This document shows positions 40,586 to 51,297 of a DNA stretch of 64,000 bases, piece by piece. The DNA comes from Bdellovibrionota bacterium (lineage in GTDB: Bacteria > Bdellovibrionota_C > UBA2361 > CALJRW01). Under the pieces are notes generated by a model. The model did no database searches, was not told the origin of the DNA, and worked only from the letters and a program-made list of their open reading frames with translations. The stretch covers positions 66,864 through 130,863 of the forward strand of contig JBGSMD010000009.1 of NCBI GenBank assembly GCA_041740355.1. Reading direction: 5' to 3'. The position numbers and the translations under genes were made by a program. Positions within the stretch are counted from its first letter, which is position 1, and each line of letters starts with the position of its first letter.

Positions 40586-41024
40586 CCTTCGCTGATTTCA
40601 CATCGTTAATTTCAAAACTTATTAATTCAGAAGTGGTTTCTTCCTGAACCTTTCCTGTAGAGGACTCAAAACTTTGAAGGATCCCTAAAATAGTTTTACC
40701 TGCATGTGGTCCAAACTTTAAGACAAGCTTAATACGTTCACCAACTGCACCTTCAAAATGCTCCGACTTCTTTAGCTTTCTTTCGATGCCTGGGCTAGAC
40801 ACTTCTAGACCTTGATTCTCAAAAAAAGTCACTAATTGCTCGTGCCTCCGAATTAAACGGTGAACATGGGCACATTCATCTACAATAATTTTCCCATCCT
40901 GCTTAGTTACAAAAACCTGAACTGTTGCTGTACGCGTCGGTGCAAACTCTAGCTCATAAAGCTTCAAGCCAATTCCTAGGACAATTTCTTCAACAATTTT
41001 AGTTACTTCTGCTTTACTTAGCAT
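40569..41024 (-). CDS. rimP: ribosome maturation factor RimP
   Basis: 151 aa. Conserved position upstream of nusA. Confidence 0.8.
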   Translation of the reverse strand: MLSKAEVTKIVEEIVLGIGLKLYELEFAPTRTATVQVFVTKQDGKIIVDECAHVHRLIRRHEQLVTFFENQGLEVSSPGIERKLKKSEHFEGAVGERIKLVLKFGPHAGKTILGILQSFESSTGKVQEETTSELISFEINDVKSAKVDFKF

Positions 41025-41431
41025 ACACCTCTATAATTCTCTCTTCGTAGTCGACCAAGTTTACACAATAACAAGTTGTAAAAATATTGCAGTTAACTTT
41101 AGAATCAAAGCACCACAAACCTTGAAGAGGTGAAATATATAACAAATATAGAGAATTAATTCAAATCAAAATCAAATTAAACTAGAGTCTTAATTTTGAG
41201 CTTTAAAACGCTTAACGTAGTTATTTCCCTAGAATATAGTGCAATCCATAATCCTGGGAAGAAAAAGTAGGAATTTTAATACTTTTACCTTTCAATGTTA
41301 AAGAAAATTTGGTTTAAAAATTACAATTTTATTGAATAAAATTGATTAAGAAATTAGCTAATGATAAGTTGTTAACCTTACAAAGTTCAGATTCTGTTGA
41401 CTTTTCCAAATTCCAACTTGAGATTACAAAT

Positions 41432-42640
41432 ATGATTAATCGAATAACCTCCCAAGTACTATTATCTTTACTGATCACAATACTAAGTGTTTTTAGTTGT
41501 TATGCAGACCTTCCAGAAAGTTGCCTCGGCGATTGCCCAGTTGAAAACCTATGTGGCAATCAACAAGTAGACCCAGGGGAAGAATGTGATTCAACCGAAG
41601 GCTGTAATTACAATTGCCAATATGCAGTCTGCGGAAACGGTATCGTGGAAGAAGGTTCTGGTGAGCAATGTGACAATGGAGAAACAGATTTAAATTGTTT
41701 AGATGAAGAATCTAATTGTAACTTTATGCAAAATCTTCGAATTCAAGGTGGTCAAGAGTTAGTCACCATTTGTAACGATAGTTGCTTACTTCAAACCTGC
41801 GGAAATGAAATCATTGAGGGTGATGAACAATGTGATTTCGGTGATACAGAAGATGGAGATGGTTGTAGCGCCTCTTGTCGCCTTGAGGAATGCGGAAATG
41901 AAATCATTGAGGGTGATGAACAATGTGATTTCGGTGATACGGAAATTGGAGATGGTTGTAGCGCCTCCTGTCGCTTTGAGGAATGTGGCAATAGTATCCT
42001 TGACCCTGGTGAGCAATGCGATGAGGGTAATCCATCTTCTAATGATGGCTGTAGCAATACCTGTATAATTGAAACTGAATGCGTTGGAAATAATTGTGGC
42101 CCCCAAGCTGAAGTATTTGATTGTCTTGATAAAGAAGGTCAGCTCAATAAGCTTGACCGATGTCAGGTCTGTGGCGGAGATGGTCAAAGTTGTCTAGCAT
42201 GCGTGGAAAGCAGTAACGTAGAAGATCAACTAAGAATGGATGGAGCTTCAAAAAGAATGGCTGGACTAATAATTGGTCTAAATAAAAAATTACTAAAACT
42301 TGAGATCTCTAATCAATTAAAAAGAAACCTACTTAATTCTAATAATCAAGTTAAGGAACTTTACTTAACTAGTTGGACATTAGCTTGGTCACTGCCACTT
42401 GTTACAAAAGCATGCAACACGGTGTTTTGTACAACAGCAGATCTTTCGCCCCTGGTAGTATTATACGCCGAGAAGCTGGCGGAAATAGAAGCTGAAGCTA
42501 GAAAATCGGCTCGAATCCTAAAACGCTTAACAGGCAATAAAAATTCAGCAAAACAATTTTTGGAGAAAATTACAGAACAGTATAATTCTGGAATTGAGAC
42601 ATCAGGTCTTGTGACTACATCAACAAGCGTTTGCTCATAA
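41432..42640 (+). CDS. secreted cysteine-rich repeat protein (CGNxI..GDEQCD..DGCSxSC repeats)
   Basis: The ORF track starts at 41342, but the signal peptide begins at Met31 (MINRITSQVLLSLLITILSVFSCYA, ATG at 41432). It has four or more CGN...ECD...DGCS repeats of the same Myxococcus-type family as the 1075-aa protein. It also contains a 93-bp perfect-ish tandem DNA duplication. Confidence 0.7.
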   Translation: MINRITSQVLLSLLITILSVFSCYADLPESCLGDCPVENLCGNQQVDPGEECDSTEGCNYNCQYAVCGNGIVEEGSGEQCDNGETDLNCLDEESNCNFMQNLRIQGGQELVTICNDSCLLQTCGNEIIEGDEQCDFGDTEDGDGCSASCRLEECGNEIIEGDEQCDFGDTEIGDGCSASCRFEECGNSILDPGEQCDEGNPSSNDGCSNTCIIETECVGNNCGPQAEVFDCLDKEGQLNKLDRCQVCGGDGQSCLACVESSNVEDQLRMDGASKRMAGLIIGLNKKLLKLEISNQLKRNLLNSNNQVKELYLTSWTLAWSLPLVTKACNTVFCTTADLSPLVVLYAEKLAEIEAEARKSARILKRLTGNKNSAKQFLEKITEQYNSGIETSGLVTTSTSVCS

Positions 42641-42963
42641 TCCATAAGTTTACCTAGCTTGACAATAACGTATTGTAGTTATGACAAAAAGTTATTTCCG
42701 AATATTAAGATATTAGTTTTGTGATTTTTTTCCTAACTATATTCTTTATTCAGCCTCCGATGGATAGTAAGCCCCAAAAGTAATTACTTACTGTAATTAC
42801 CTTTGGGACCAATATAAATGGTGTGAAGCTTGATATAATCTTTGTAAAATCAATACAAACCGCAATTTCCTTACAATAACTTATATGCTAAAAATCAAAG
42901 CATATTAACTTAAGGGTAAACATTCTCTTCTTTGAAAGAACGGATACCTGTTTAACGGATAGA

Positions 42964-44145
42964 TTGATCATGAAAAGTATTGCCGATTTAAACCTCAAAG
43001 ATAAAGTTGTCCTAGTTCGTGCGGACTTCAATGTTCCCCTCGATGCTGATTTAAAAGTTACTAATAATAAAAGAATTCGTGAATTCATCCCTACTCTAAA
43101 ATTCATTCAAGAAAAAGGTGGTAAGCCAGTTCTTATGTCCCACCTTGGAAGACCTGATGGCAAAGCCTCTGCTAAGTATTCCTTAAAATCAATTATTGCC
43201 GAACTAGAAAAGCTTTCTGGCGCAAAAGTTATCTTTTCTGAAGATTGTATTTCCGAAGGCAACCGAAGTCTTGCTACAAACTTAAAAGTTGGTGAGATTT
43301 TACTTCTGGAAAACTTGCGCTTTCATGCTGCAGAGCAAGAAGGTTCTGAAGATTTCGCTAAAAAAATTGCAGCAATTGGCGATGTCTATATTAATGACGC
43401 TTTTGGAACAGCTCACCGCGCCGATGCTTCGATGTTCGCAGTTGCTAAATTATCTCACGAAAGAGCTCCCGGCTTACTAATGCAAAAGGAACTAGATTAC
43501 TTTAATAAAGCCCTAGAAAACCCAGAACGTCCGCTATGTGTTGTCTTAGGAGGTGCAAAAGTATCCAGCAAACTTCCAGTTTTATTGAATCTAGCCTCAA
43601 AGGCCGATCATCTAATTATTGGTGGGGCAATGGCCAACACTTTCCTTGCAGAACAGGGCTTAGAAGTTGGAAAATCATTACATGAAAAAGAAATGTTTCC
43701 AGAAATTGTAAAACTTCAAGAGTTACTAAAAAAGAATTCCTGTAAACTACACTTGCCCGTAGATTTTCGCTTAGGAGAAGCTTTTGACAAACCGGGAAGT
43801 GGCCAAGTTGCTTTAGCTGATGCCTTACCTGCAAATCTTTCGGCACTTGATATTGGACCTAAATCCTCTGAGATTTTTGCTAAGGTTCTAAAAGAGTCCA
43901 AGACGATTGTTTGGAACGGCCCGATGGGAGCATTTGAAAATCCTGATTTTGCAGAGGGTACACTTGATTTAACTAAAGCAATCGCCGAGGCTTCAGGCTT
44001 AAGTGTAGTTGGTGGTGGTGATACTGTAGCAGCCGTTGAACAAATGGGACTCGAGTCTTCCTTTGATTTCTTATCAACTGGTGGTGGTGCATTTTTAACG
44101 TTAATGGAAGGTGTAGAGCTTCCAGGAATTGAAGCTTTAAAATAA
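42964..44145 (+). CDS. pgk: phosphoglycerate kinase
   Basis: 393 aa. Motifs RADFNVP and GGGDT, plus a hinge. Confidence 0.95.
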   Translation: MIMKSIADLNLKDKVVLVRADFNVPLDADLKVTNNKRIREFIPTLKFIQEKGGKPVLMSHLGRPDGKASAKYSLKSIIAELEKLSGAKVIFSEDCISEGNRSLATNLKVGEILLLENLRFHAAEQEGSEDFAKKIAAIGDVYINDAFGTAHRADASMFAVAKLSHERAPGLLMQKELDYFNKALENPERPLCVVLGGAKVSSKLPVLLNLASKADHLIIGGAMANTFLAEQGLEVGKSLHEKEMFPEIVKLQELLKKNSCKLHLPVDFRLGEAFDKPGSGQVALADALPANLSALDIGPKSSEIFAKVLKESKTIVWNGPMGAFENPDFAEGTLDLTKAIAEASGLSVVGGGDTVAAVEQMGLESSFDFLSTGGGAFLTLMEGVELPGIEALK

Positions 44146-44154
44146 ATTAGAACT

Positions 44155-44805
44155 ATGGGAGGAATTCCTTTTTTTTCTTCCCTTTTTTCTCTAATTTATA
44201 TTGCTGCCATAAATCCCATTTTATTATTTCCATTAATTGATCAAGCGGCAATTTATAATTTTATGTGGTTCTTTGCTGGACTACTACTTGGAGTTTGGAT
44301 CGCTGGTATTTTAGTTAGAGGATATCTGTCAGTTTTCATTCATGAGTTAAAACATTCTGCTCTTTCTAATCTAGTGGGTAATAAATTTGTAGCCTTTAAA
44401 ATTAGAAGAGCTCACGGCCACTTTAAGTATAAGTATACTAAAGATACCGCCAAGTTTAATGCAATTATTTCTTTAGCCCCATACTTCTTTCCAATTATCA
44501 CAATTCCAGGAATAGGCTTAGCTTTTGTTGCCGCTCAAACATCCCCTTTCCTTCCGTTGTTAGTTCTTGGTGTCTGTTTCGGTAGTGACTTATTATTATC
44601 TTTTCGCGACATTGGTGAGCATCAGACGGACTTAACAGAAATTAGAGGTGGATATTATGTGGGACTGACCTACATCATCGCAATGAATATCGTAATCAGT
44701 ACACTGTTACTTGCTTGGATCCTTCAAGGCAAACAAGGCTTAAAGTTTTTAGCGTTTGAACATCTAAAAATATTTGGAATGATTACTGGTTTGAGTTGGG
44801 AGTAA
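44155..44805 (+). CDS. hypothetical membrane protein with HExxH motif
   Basis: 5-6 TM segments. FIHELKHS sits in a membrane-proximal loop. Confidence 0.45.
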   Translation: MGGIPFFSSLFSLIYIAAINPILLFPLIDQAAIYNFMWFFAGLLLGVWIAGILVRGYLSVFIHELKHSALSNLVGNKFVAFKIRRAHGHFKYKYTKDTAKFNAIISLAPYFFPIITIPGIGLAFVAAQTSPFLPLLVLGVCFGSDLLLSFRDIGEHQTDLTEIRGGYYVGLTYIIAMNIVISTLLLAWILQGKQGLKFLAFEHLKIFGMITGLSWE

Positions 44806-44876
44806 ACTAGTTATTTGCTGTCTGCTGAACTTCAATTTGAAGTTCAGCAGAGCTACTATTCTTTCATCGGTAAGAA

Positions 44877-45872
44877 TTAGTTTTTGACATCAGGCACTTC
44901 AACTGGAGCTTTCTCCTCAGACTCTTCCTTCTTAGCTTCTTTTTCCTTTAAGATCTTATCTAAAGAAAATGCAGTTAAGGCATCAATCTCATACTTACTT
45001 AACTCAAAGTAAAAAGGCTGACCACCTGTTTTAAGGAAAAACTTCTCTTCTTCCTTTTCTTCCACTTTAAATTTAATTGGACCCTTAATTAAGTAATTTT
45101 GTTTAACACCCTTTAATGTTAAATCATAAGTAACAATCACTGGAGCCTTTTCCCAACCAGCGGGTACAGCTAATTTTGGCATTTGTGAATAGGACATTTG
45201 AGTTAATTTATTAACGAAGGCTTCTAACTCTTTTCGATCAACTTGCTTGTCTTCAGGAACAGTGGCAAAACCTAAGATTCCATCGGATTGCTCTAACAAG
45301 ATATCTTCGAATTCAACTAAATCTAAATCCTTAGGAGTGATATTTAATAAAGATCCACTAAACCAACTATCCGGATTAGGAGTTAGTTCGGAGACTTGGT
45401 AATCAACGATATAAGTATTATCTGTACCATTTAAACGCGCATATAATTTTTTAAATGTTGGTGAACTTCCAAAGAAAAGCACTTCTTCTTTTCCGCCTGA
45501 CAGAATGCTTAGCTTTTTCTCGTAACCATCAACACCAGTCTTTAATTTTTTTGCGGCACTTAAACTAGTAGCAATCGGGCTTGTCGTTTTTAATTCCTGT
45601 AAATCATTTATTAGTTGTTTAATCTTTCCTTCATCTGCTGGTATGTTTTCCGAAGCCGGCAAAATCCAACCATTTGTTGTTTTCTCTAATTCTAAGCTTT
45701 TATCAGGCTGCTCTATTTTAATTTTAGTTACAGCACTGGGATCAAACTTAATAAACTCGCTAGAGCTGGCATTAACTTGTAAAATTGCCGCACTTGGATT
45801 TTTAAATATAAGTATTCCGCCCTGTAAGACAAGAATGATTAATAAGACTTTTGTCAGTGGTAATTTAGTCAT
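44877..45872 (-). CDS. DUF4340-like secreted protein (GldG-associated)
   Basis: Signal/anchor peptide and an E/K-rich C-terminus. It sits immediately downstream of the GldG-like gene with a 1-nt stop/start overlap. Confidence 0.5.
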   Translation of the reverse strand: MTKLPLTKVLLIILVLQGGILIFKNPSAAILQVNASSSEFIKFDPSAVTKIKIEQPDKSLELEKTTNGWILPASENIPADEGKIKQLINDLQELKTTSPIATSLSAAKKLKTGVDGYEKKLSILSGGKEEVLFFGSSPTFKKLYARLNGTDNTYIVDYQVSELTPNPDSWFSGSLLNITPKDLDLVEFEDILLEQSDGILGFATVPEDKQVDRKELEAFVNKLTQMSYSQMPKLAVPAGWEKAPVIVTYDLTLKGVKQNYLIKGPIKFKVEEKEEEKFFLKTGGQPFYFELSKYEIDALTAFSLDKILKEKEAKKEESEEKAPVEVPDVKN

Positions 45873-48751
45873 TAGTTAGACTCCGATTGAAGATAAAATT
45901 TCTTTTGCCAAATGCTCTTATTTCGAGACTTAAGTTTTAAGCCAAAACCAATTACTAGTAGTAAGACTAAGGCATAAACATAATTCATATATTCCCAAAA
46001 CATCTTTTGTTTATCAGTAATTGGTTCCAACGTTCTGGCAAAATTACTACGACCACGAATCTCAACTAGGGCGGGATCTTCTAAGGCAGTATCAATCGTA
46101 TTTTGTAGTAACGTTAAAGAATTTGTATACCGGGTACTTCCAGACATTGAGGACATCTGCAAAGTTTGATCCGCCACAAATTCATTGGATCCTAAAATCA
46201 CAATTCGCGATGAGGCCGGAGACTTTTCAATTAATGCTGAAAACTTATTAATTGGAGGTGCCGCAGGTTTTCCATCAACGGGAGGTGCCGCTGGCGCTTC
46301 TTTCAAGAAATCGAGTGGTTTACCCTTAAAGTAGGACTCAAAACTACCTTGAATTACTGCTCCAAGACTGTAGGACTTTAGTTCTCCGCTTTGTTCAAAA
46401 CCAAAGTCTGGAAATCTCTGATAATCAGGGTTTGGATTAAACTTTTTTAATATCCAAGACTCTTCACTACTCTTTAAGAATTCGCTAACAACTCGGTCTT
46501 TATTTAATTCCGAATTAATTTCTAAAGCTGAAGGCCAGTTAAGAGTGACTTGAGAAATTCCACTAAGAAAAAGATTTCCTTTAGCTAATCCTTCCCCACG
46601 AACATCGACAAAAGGTGGATAATTATGCAGTTTAATTTCTTCGACAACATAACCCCCTACATCCCGTTTAACGGGAGCAGGAAAAGGTTCATTTCGAGTA
46701 TCAAGCACAATACCGTCAATAAAACTTACGCCGTAAGATTTCAACCAATCTTCTAGTCCTGATTTTAAATCTTCCATCATGATTCCAGCTTGACTAGCCT
46801 GAGTTTGATGCGGTGAAGTGGAAAGAATAATTGTTCCACCGCGCATTAAAAAATTATCCAAATTAAACAAAGACTTTTGAGATAATTCCTTCGGGGCTAA
46901 TAATAAAAGGAGATCAACTTCTTCTGAGACAGGAGACTCTAATTCAATATTCCTAATATTATGATTGGTCGATAAACTTTCATAAAGAAAATTGAATTGT
47001 TTTCCAGTATCCTGCTGATAAGGATTTGTTGCTTGCTCCGCTTTTGGCAAAACTAATCCGACAGTTTTCAAAAAACCTGGAGTTAATCTTTTAAATGCAG
47101 CATCAAGTGCTTTTTGTAAGCCTTCCGAGTTTAATGGATCAGGTAACCCAACATTAATTGGTAAGTCTGAATTTTCTAAAATCAAATAGAAATAAAATTG
47201 ATTCTGATCAAAAAGACTAGCAACCATTGGCTGTAATCCATACTTCTCTAAGATTTCCTTAGCTACCACTCCCCCATCAGCTAAGGGATCGATAACTTGA
47301 AAATCAAACTTATCGGATGACTTTGCTTTAACTTCTGCTAGTTTCTCTAAGGTAATTGCTTTAAATCCTTCCAAGCCTTTTGGCAGCGTGTCTGAGATAT
47401 AAGCTTTCATCGTAACTTTCTCCTTCAGATTTGCAAAAACACTTTCCACATCCTGAAATCCGTAAAGTACTTTTTTAACGGCTCGACTTAAATCATATTC
47501 CAGATTTTTAAGTTTAACATCAACACTGGTGTCGCCTACTTGATTTACTTCAATTAGATTTCTAAAATTTAATGTTTCAAATTTATCCCCGTACTGAACA
47601 ACTAAATCAAAATAAGCACTAACCAGAGAAGCCTGATAGCGATCACTTACTTGCAGGGGAACCGGTTTAACATTGAAGCGTCGTCCTACCTCTTCTTCTA
47701 ACTCTGGATTATCTTTTGGGTCAATTAACTCGGCATTTACCTTGCCATTTCCAGCATTTTGGTAAGCTTCTAAAGTATCTTTAATTTGAGGAATCAAAGG
47801 CATTAATAAGGGATGAGTAGAATTACTAATATATGCTCTGATTAATAATGGTTCTCTAACTTGAGCTAAGAGCGTCTTGGTGGAATTAGAAAGAGTGTGA
47901 ATATTTCCAGCAGTTAAATCAACGCGCACAGATCGTAAATCTTTAACCCAAAAATTTGCTACTAATAAATTAGCAATTAATAAAACGGTCGCTAAGCGAA
48001 AAGTAAAATTCTTAGTTTTAACTTTGTCGGACCATTTAACTTTAGTTAAAGCAAATACATTTAAAATCAGAAAGATAGCGGTAAGGCTAAGATAATAATA
48101 AAGATCCTTAACCTCGACTACTCCCCTACTAATTGATTCAAAGTGATCACTAGTGCTAAGGACGGCTAGGAAATCGGAAACTGAAGTAGTCAGTAATCCA
48201 GTAAAGCTTGTTTGACCAACTAGATAAAAGACTAAGCAAGTTAGGATACTAATAATTAAACTAACGATTTGATTCTCAGAACGAGAACTAACAAATAAAC
48301 CAATAGCAATATAGGCTCCTGCTAAGAAAAACGAGCCAAAATAAGCGCCAATTACTGGACCCCAATCAAGTTCACCTAGGTTTGCAACCATTAGTGGCAA
48401 GCTAAACGTCAAGACAAGTCCACATGCAACTAGTGCTAAACAAGCCAGAAATTTTCCAGCAACTAGCTCCCAAATATGAACTGGTGCAGTCAAAAGAAAT
48501 TCTAATGTTCCCATTTTCTTTTCCTCACTCCACATCTTCATGGTGATTGCGGAAACTAGAAACAATAAAAGCAACGGCAAGGAATGAAATAAAGGTCGCA
48601 AGTCAGCAATGTTTCGAGCGAAAAACTTATCCACCCAAAAGAAATTATAAAGGGAGACCACAATAAAAGTGCCTAGAAAAATGTAAGCAATGGGCGAGGA
48701 GAAAAAAGAAAAGAATTCTTTTTGAGCAATTTTTAATACGCGACTGAACAT
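45872..48751 (-). CDS. ABC-2 permease (GldF-like) fused to GldG-like auxiliary domain
   Basis: The N-terminal ~240 aa have 6 TM segments like an ABC-2 family permease. They are followed by a ~600-aa periplasmic GldG-like domain and a C-terminal TM anchor. Adjacent to the ABC ATPase. Confidence 0.65.
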   Translation of the reverse strand: MFSRVLKIAQKEFFSFFSSPIAYIFLGTFIVVSLYNFFWVDKFFARNIADLRPLFHSLPLLLLFLVSAITMKMWSEEKKMGTLEFLLTAPVHIWELVAGKFLACLALVACGLVLTFSLPLMVANLGELDWGPVIGAYFGSFFLAGAYIAIGLFVSSRSENQIVSLIISILTCLVFYLVGQTSFTGLLTTSVSDFLAVLSTSDHFESISRGVVEVKDLYYYLSLTAIFLILNVFALTKVKWSDKVKTKNFTFRLATVLLIANLLVANFWVKDLRSVRVDLTAGNIHTLSNSTKTLLAQVREPLLIRAYISNSTHPLLMPLIPQIKDTLEAYQNAGNGKVNAELIDPKDNPELEEEVGRRFNVKPVPLQVSDRYQASLVSAYFDLVVQYGDKFETLNFRNLIEVNQVGDTSVDVKLKNLEYDLSRAVKKVLYGFQDVESVFANLKEKVTMKAYISDTLPKGLEGFKAITLEKLAEVKAKSSDKFDFQVIDPLADGGVVAKEILEKYGLQPMVASLFDQNQFYFYLILENSDLPINVGLPDPLNSEGLQKALDAAFKRLTPGFLKTVGLVLPKAEQATNPYQQDTGKQFNFLYESLSTNHNIRNIELESPVSEEVDLLLLLAPKELSQKSLFNLDNFLMRGGTIILSTSPHQTQASQAGIMMEDLKSGLEDWLKSYGVSFIDGIVLDTRNEPFPAPVKRDVGGYVVEEIKLHNYPPFVDVRGEGLAKGNLFLSGISQVTLNWPSALEINSELNKDRVVSEFLKSSEESWILKKFNPNPDYQRFPDFGFEQSGELKSYSLGAVIQGSFESYFKGKPLDFLKEAPAAPPVDGKPAAPPINKFSALIEKSPASSRIVILGSNEFVADQTLQMSSMSGSTRYTNSLTLLQNTIDTALEDPALVEIRGRSNFARTLEPITDKQKMFWEYMNYVYALVLLLVIGFGLKLKSRNKSIWQKKFYLQSESN

Positions 48752-48762
48752 AGGAATATTTA

Positions 48763-49686
48763 TTAATTATGGTTTAAAGATCGAAAAACACTATCAAGAC
48801 TTTGCTCTCTAGGAGTCAGTGTATACAGTCTCCATCCAGAGGAATGAACACGACTAGAAATATCAGCGAGTAGTGAATGATCTGTTCCCGACTGTGGACT
48901 TAATAAGTAACTGTAAATACCGCTTTCTTTGTTTAACAACCGGACACTTTGAATGCCAGACATTTTAGCAAACTGCGCTTCGACTTCTCGCTCGGAGCGA
49001 TCCACACTTAAAATAATTCCACCTGAAGATTTAATTTCTTCCATTGTGGAGTCAAGCACCAATTTCCCTTGCTGGATAATTAAAACCCGATCACACACTG
49101 CTTCCACTTCCTGCATGATGTGCGTGGATAAGATTACAGTTGAGTCCACGGCTAAATCTTTAATCAAATGACGCATCTCCTGAATCTGTGAAGGATCTAG
49201 TCCGTTAGTAGGTTCATCAAGAATTAAGATCTCAGGTTCATGGAGAATTGCTTGTGCTACACCAACACGCTGCTTGAAACCTTTGGATAAAGTTTCAATT
49301 TTGTTTAAGGCTTTAGATTGTAAATTAGTTCGCTTAATAGCTTTGGAGATTTTTGCGATCCGTTCTTCGGGTTTAATTCCTCGCAAGTCAGCTACATATT
49401 CCAGATAATCAAGTATTGTCATTTCCGGATAAAGCGGAACATTCTCTGGAAGATATCCAATCATTGCTTGAATAGCGATTAAATCATCGGCAATATCTAA
49501 TCCTTTAATTGAAACTGAACCTGCACATTGCTCTAGGTAGCCAGTTAAAACCTTCATAATTGTTGTTTTTCCAGCACCATTATGCCCTAACAATCCCACA
49601 ATTTCACCCTTCTTTATCTCAAAACTAACCTGATCGATCGCCGTAAATTCGCCATATCTGCGGACTAAATTATTAACTTTTATCAT
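48763..49686 (-). CDS. ABC transporter ATP-binding protein (GldA-like)
   Basis: Walker A GHNGAGKTT, signature LSKGFKQR and Walker B ILILDEP. The start is reassigned to the internal Met (MIKVNNLVRRYGE, ATG at 49684-49686) rather than the ORF-track start at 49746. Confidence 0.85.
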   Translation of the reverse strand: MIKVNNLVRRYGEFTAIDQVSFEIKKGEIVGLLGHNGAGKTTIMKVLTGYLEQCAGSVSIKGLDIADDLIAIQAMIGYLPENVPLYPEMTILDYLEYVADLRGIKPEERIAKISKAIKRTNLQSKALNKIETLSKGFKQRVGVAQAILHEPEILILDEPTNGLDPSQIQEMRHLIKDLAVDSTVILSTHIMQEVEAVCDRVLIIQQGKLVLDSTMEEIKSSGGIILSVDRSEREVEAQFAKMSGIQSVRLLNKESGIYSYLLSPQSGTDHSLLADISSRVHSSGWRLYTLTPREQSLDSVFRSLNHN

Positions 49687-50077
49687 GAGTTTGTATTGTA
49701 ATGAGTAGAACCAAGTGGATTTTATACAAATTGATAAAATCGGCAAGTCCGTCTTCGCTAAAGCTACGACGCGATAAATGCTTGCCCCGAGGTTCCTGAA
49801 ATTTAATTGTTGTTTTAAGTGAGTTTAATAATTTACCCGAGGTCCCTGAGAACTTTAGAGCGACCCACAGACGCTAAAGTTTTGGTGGCTAAGGATAAAG
49901 TTGTCCAAACAATCTGACTTCGCTAAAACTACGACGTAATCAAGTCCGCCGTCGCCAGAATCATTATAAACTGAGAATGAGCTATTAGGCTCTGGCGCGA
50001 TGAAGAATATGTTTGCCCAAACAGTCCGTCTTCGCTTTGCACAGTTTAAATAGAGAATTAACCAAGGAGCTGACTCC

Positions 50078-50116
50078 TTGACTTACTCCCCAAATAGGGT
50101 CATTTTATTGCTCTAG
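50078..50116 (+). promoter_or_regulatory. candidate ilvC leader peptide (TTG start; ...NRVILLL stop) followed by a large stem-loop (50119-50179)
   Basis: AAGGAG RBS 8 nt before the TTG. Five consecutive branched-chain codons lie at the peptide C-terminus. The inverted repeat ctgcgaaaaag...ctgtttttcgcag encloses T-rich runs. ilvC ATG is at 50212. Confidence 0.35.
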
Positions 50117-50211
50117 AACCTGCGAAAAAGTTCTTTTTTTGCCTAGTAATGCAATAGCAAAAGATTCTGTTTTTCGCAGCTCTTGCTCTAATTTTAACTA
50201 TTAACTGAAAA

Positions 50212-51237
50212 ATGAACGCCAAAGTTTATACTGATTCTGAATGTAATTTAGACATTTTAAAAAATAAAACATGCGCTGTGATTGGCTTTGGATCTCAAGG
50301 TCATGCCCACGCTCTCAACCTAAAAGAAAGTGGAATAAAAGTTATTATCGGACTTTACACTGGAAGCAAGTCAATTGAATCTGCTAAGAATAAAGGCTTT
50401 GAAGTGATGACTACTGCTGAAGCTGTAAAACTAGCTGATGTAATTTTCGTAGCAACTCCTGATACTAAAATTGCCGCAATCTTTAATGCTGATATCAAGG
50501 AAAACTTAACTCCTGGTAAAACATTACTATTTAGCCATGGATTTGCTGTTCATTACAAAACAATTGAAATCCCAGCTAACGTCAACGTGATCATGGTAGC
50601 TCCAAAAGGACCAGGACATATCGTTCGTCGTCAGTATGTAAATGGTCAAGGTATCCCTGCTCTGATAGCTGTTGAACAAAATGCAACTGGTGATGCTAAA
50701 GAAATTGCATTGTCATGGGCGAAAGGAATTGGCTGCTCTCGCGCTGGTGTAATTGAAACAACTTTTAAAGAAGAAACAGAAACAGATCTTTTTGGTGAAC
50801 AAGCAGTACTTTGTGGTGGAGCATCAGCTCTAGTACAAGCTGGATTTGATACTCTTGTTGAAGCTGGATACCAACCAGAGATGGCTTACTTTGAATGTCT
50901 TCATGAATTAAAATTAATTGTTGATTTGATGTATGAGTCTGGAATTTCTGGAATGCGTTTTTCTATTTCGGACACTGCCAAATATGGTGATGTAACAGTG
51001 GGTCCAAAAATTGTAACTGCTGAAACTAAGAAGGCTATGAAAGCAGTACTAACTCGTATCCAAAATGGTGAATTCGCCAAAGAATGGATTGAAGAAAACA
51101 ACACTGGTTGTAAAAACTTTAATGCCCTACTTGCTGCTGGTGAAGAGCATCCAATTGAGGCTGTTGGACAGAAATTACGCCCTTTAATGCCATGGTTTGA
51201 GAAGAAAAACCTTAAAGGTAGCCAAGCTGATTACTAA
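50212..51237 (+). CDS. ilvC: ketol-acid reductoisomerase
   Basis: 341 aa. NADPH-binding [13 protein letters not shown] and a KARI C-terminal domain. Confidence 0.95.
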   Translation: MNAKVYTDSECNLDILKNKTCAVIGFGSQGHAHALNLKESGIKVIIGLYTGSKSIESAKNKGFEVMTTAEAVKLADVIFVATPDTKIAAIFNADIKENLTPGKTLLFSHGFAVHYKTIEIPANVNVIMVAPKGPGHIVRRQYVNGQGIPALIAVEQNATGDAKEIALSWAKGIGCSRAGVIETTFKEETETDLFGEQAVLCGGASALVQAGFDTLVEAGYQPEMAYFECLHELKLIVDLMYESGISGMRFSISDTAKYGDVTVGPKIVTAETKKAMKAVLTRIQNGEFAKEWIEENNTGCKNFNALLAAGEEHPIEAVGQKLRPLMPWFEKKNLKGSQADY

Positions 51238-51267
51238 TTGTAAACTCAGTTAATTATTACAAAACAA

Positions 51268-51297
51268 AAAAACAGGCTAAATGGCCTGTTTTTTTTG
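51268..51297 (+). terminator. rho-independent terminator after ilvC
   Basis: acaggc-taaatg-gcctgt followed by T8. Confidence 0.8.

Noticed and set aside
41786-42187. Antisense and out-of-frame ORFs inside the Cys-repeat gene (41786-42187 -, 41791-42057 -, 41805-42068 +)
   Set aside because: They are produced by the 93-bp tandem duplication and overlap a well-supported secreted protein CDS in the sense frame.
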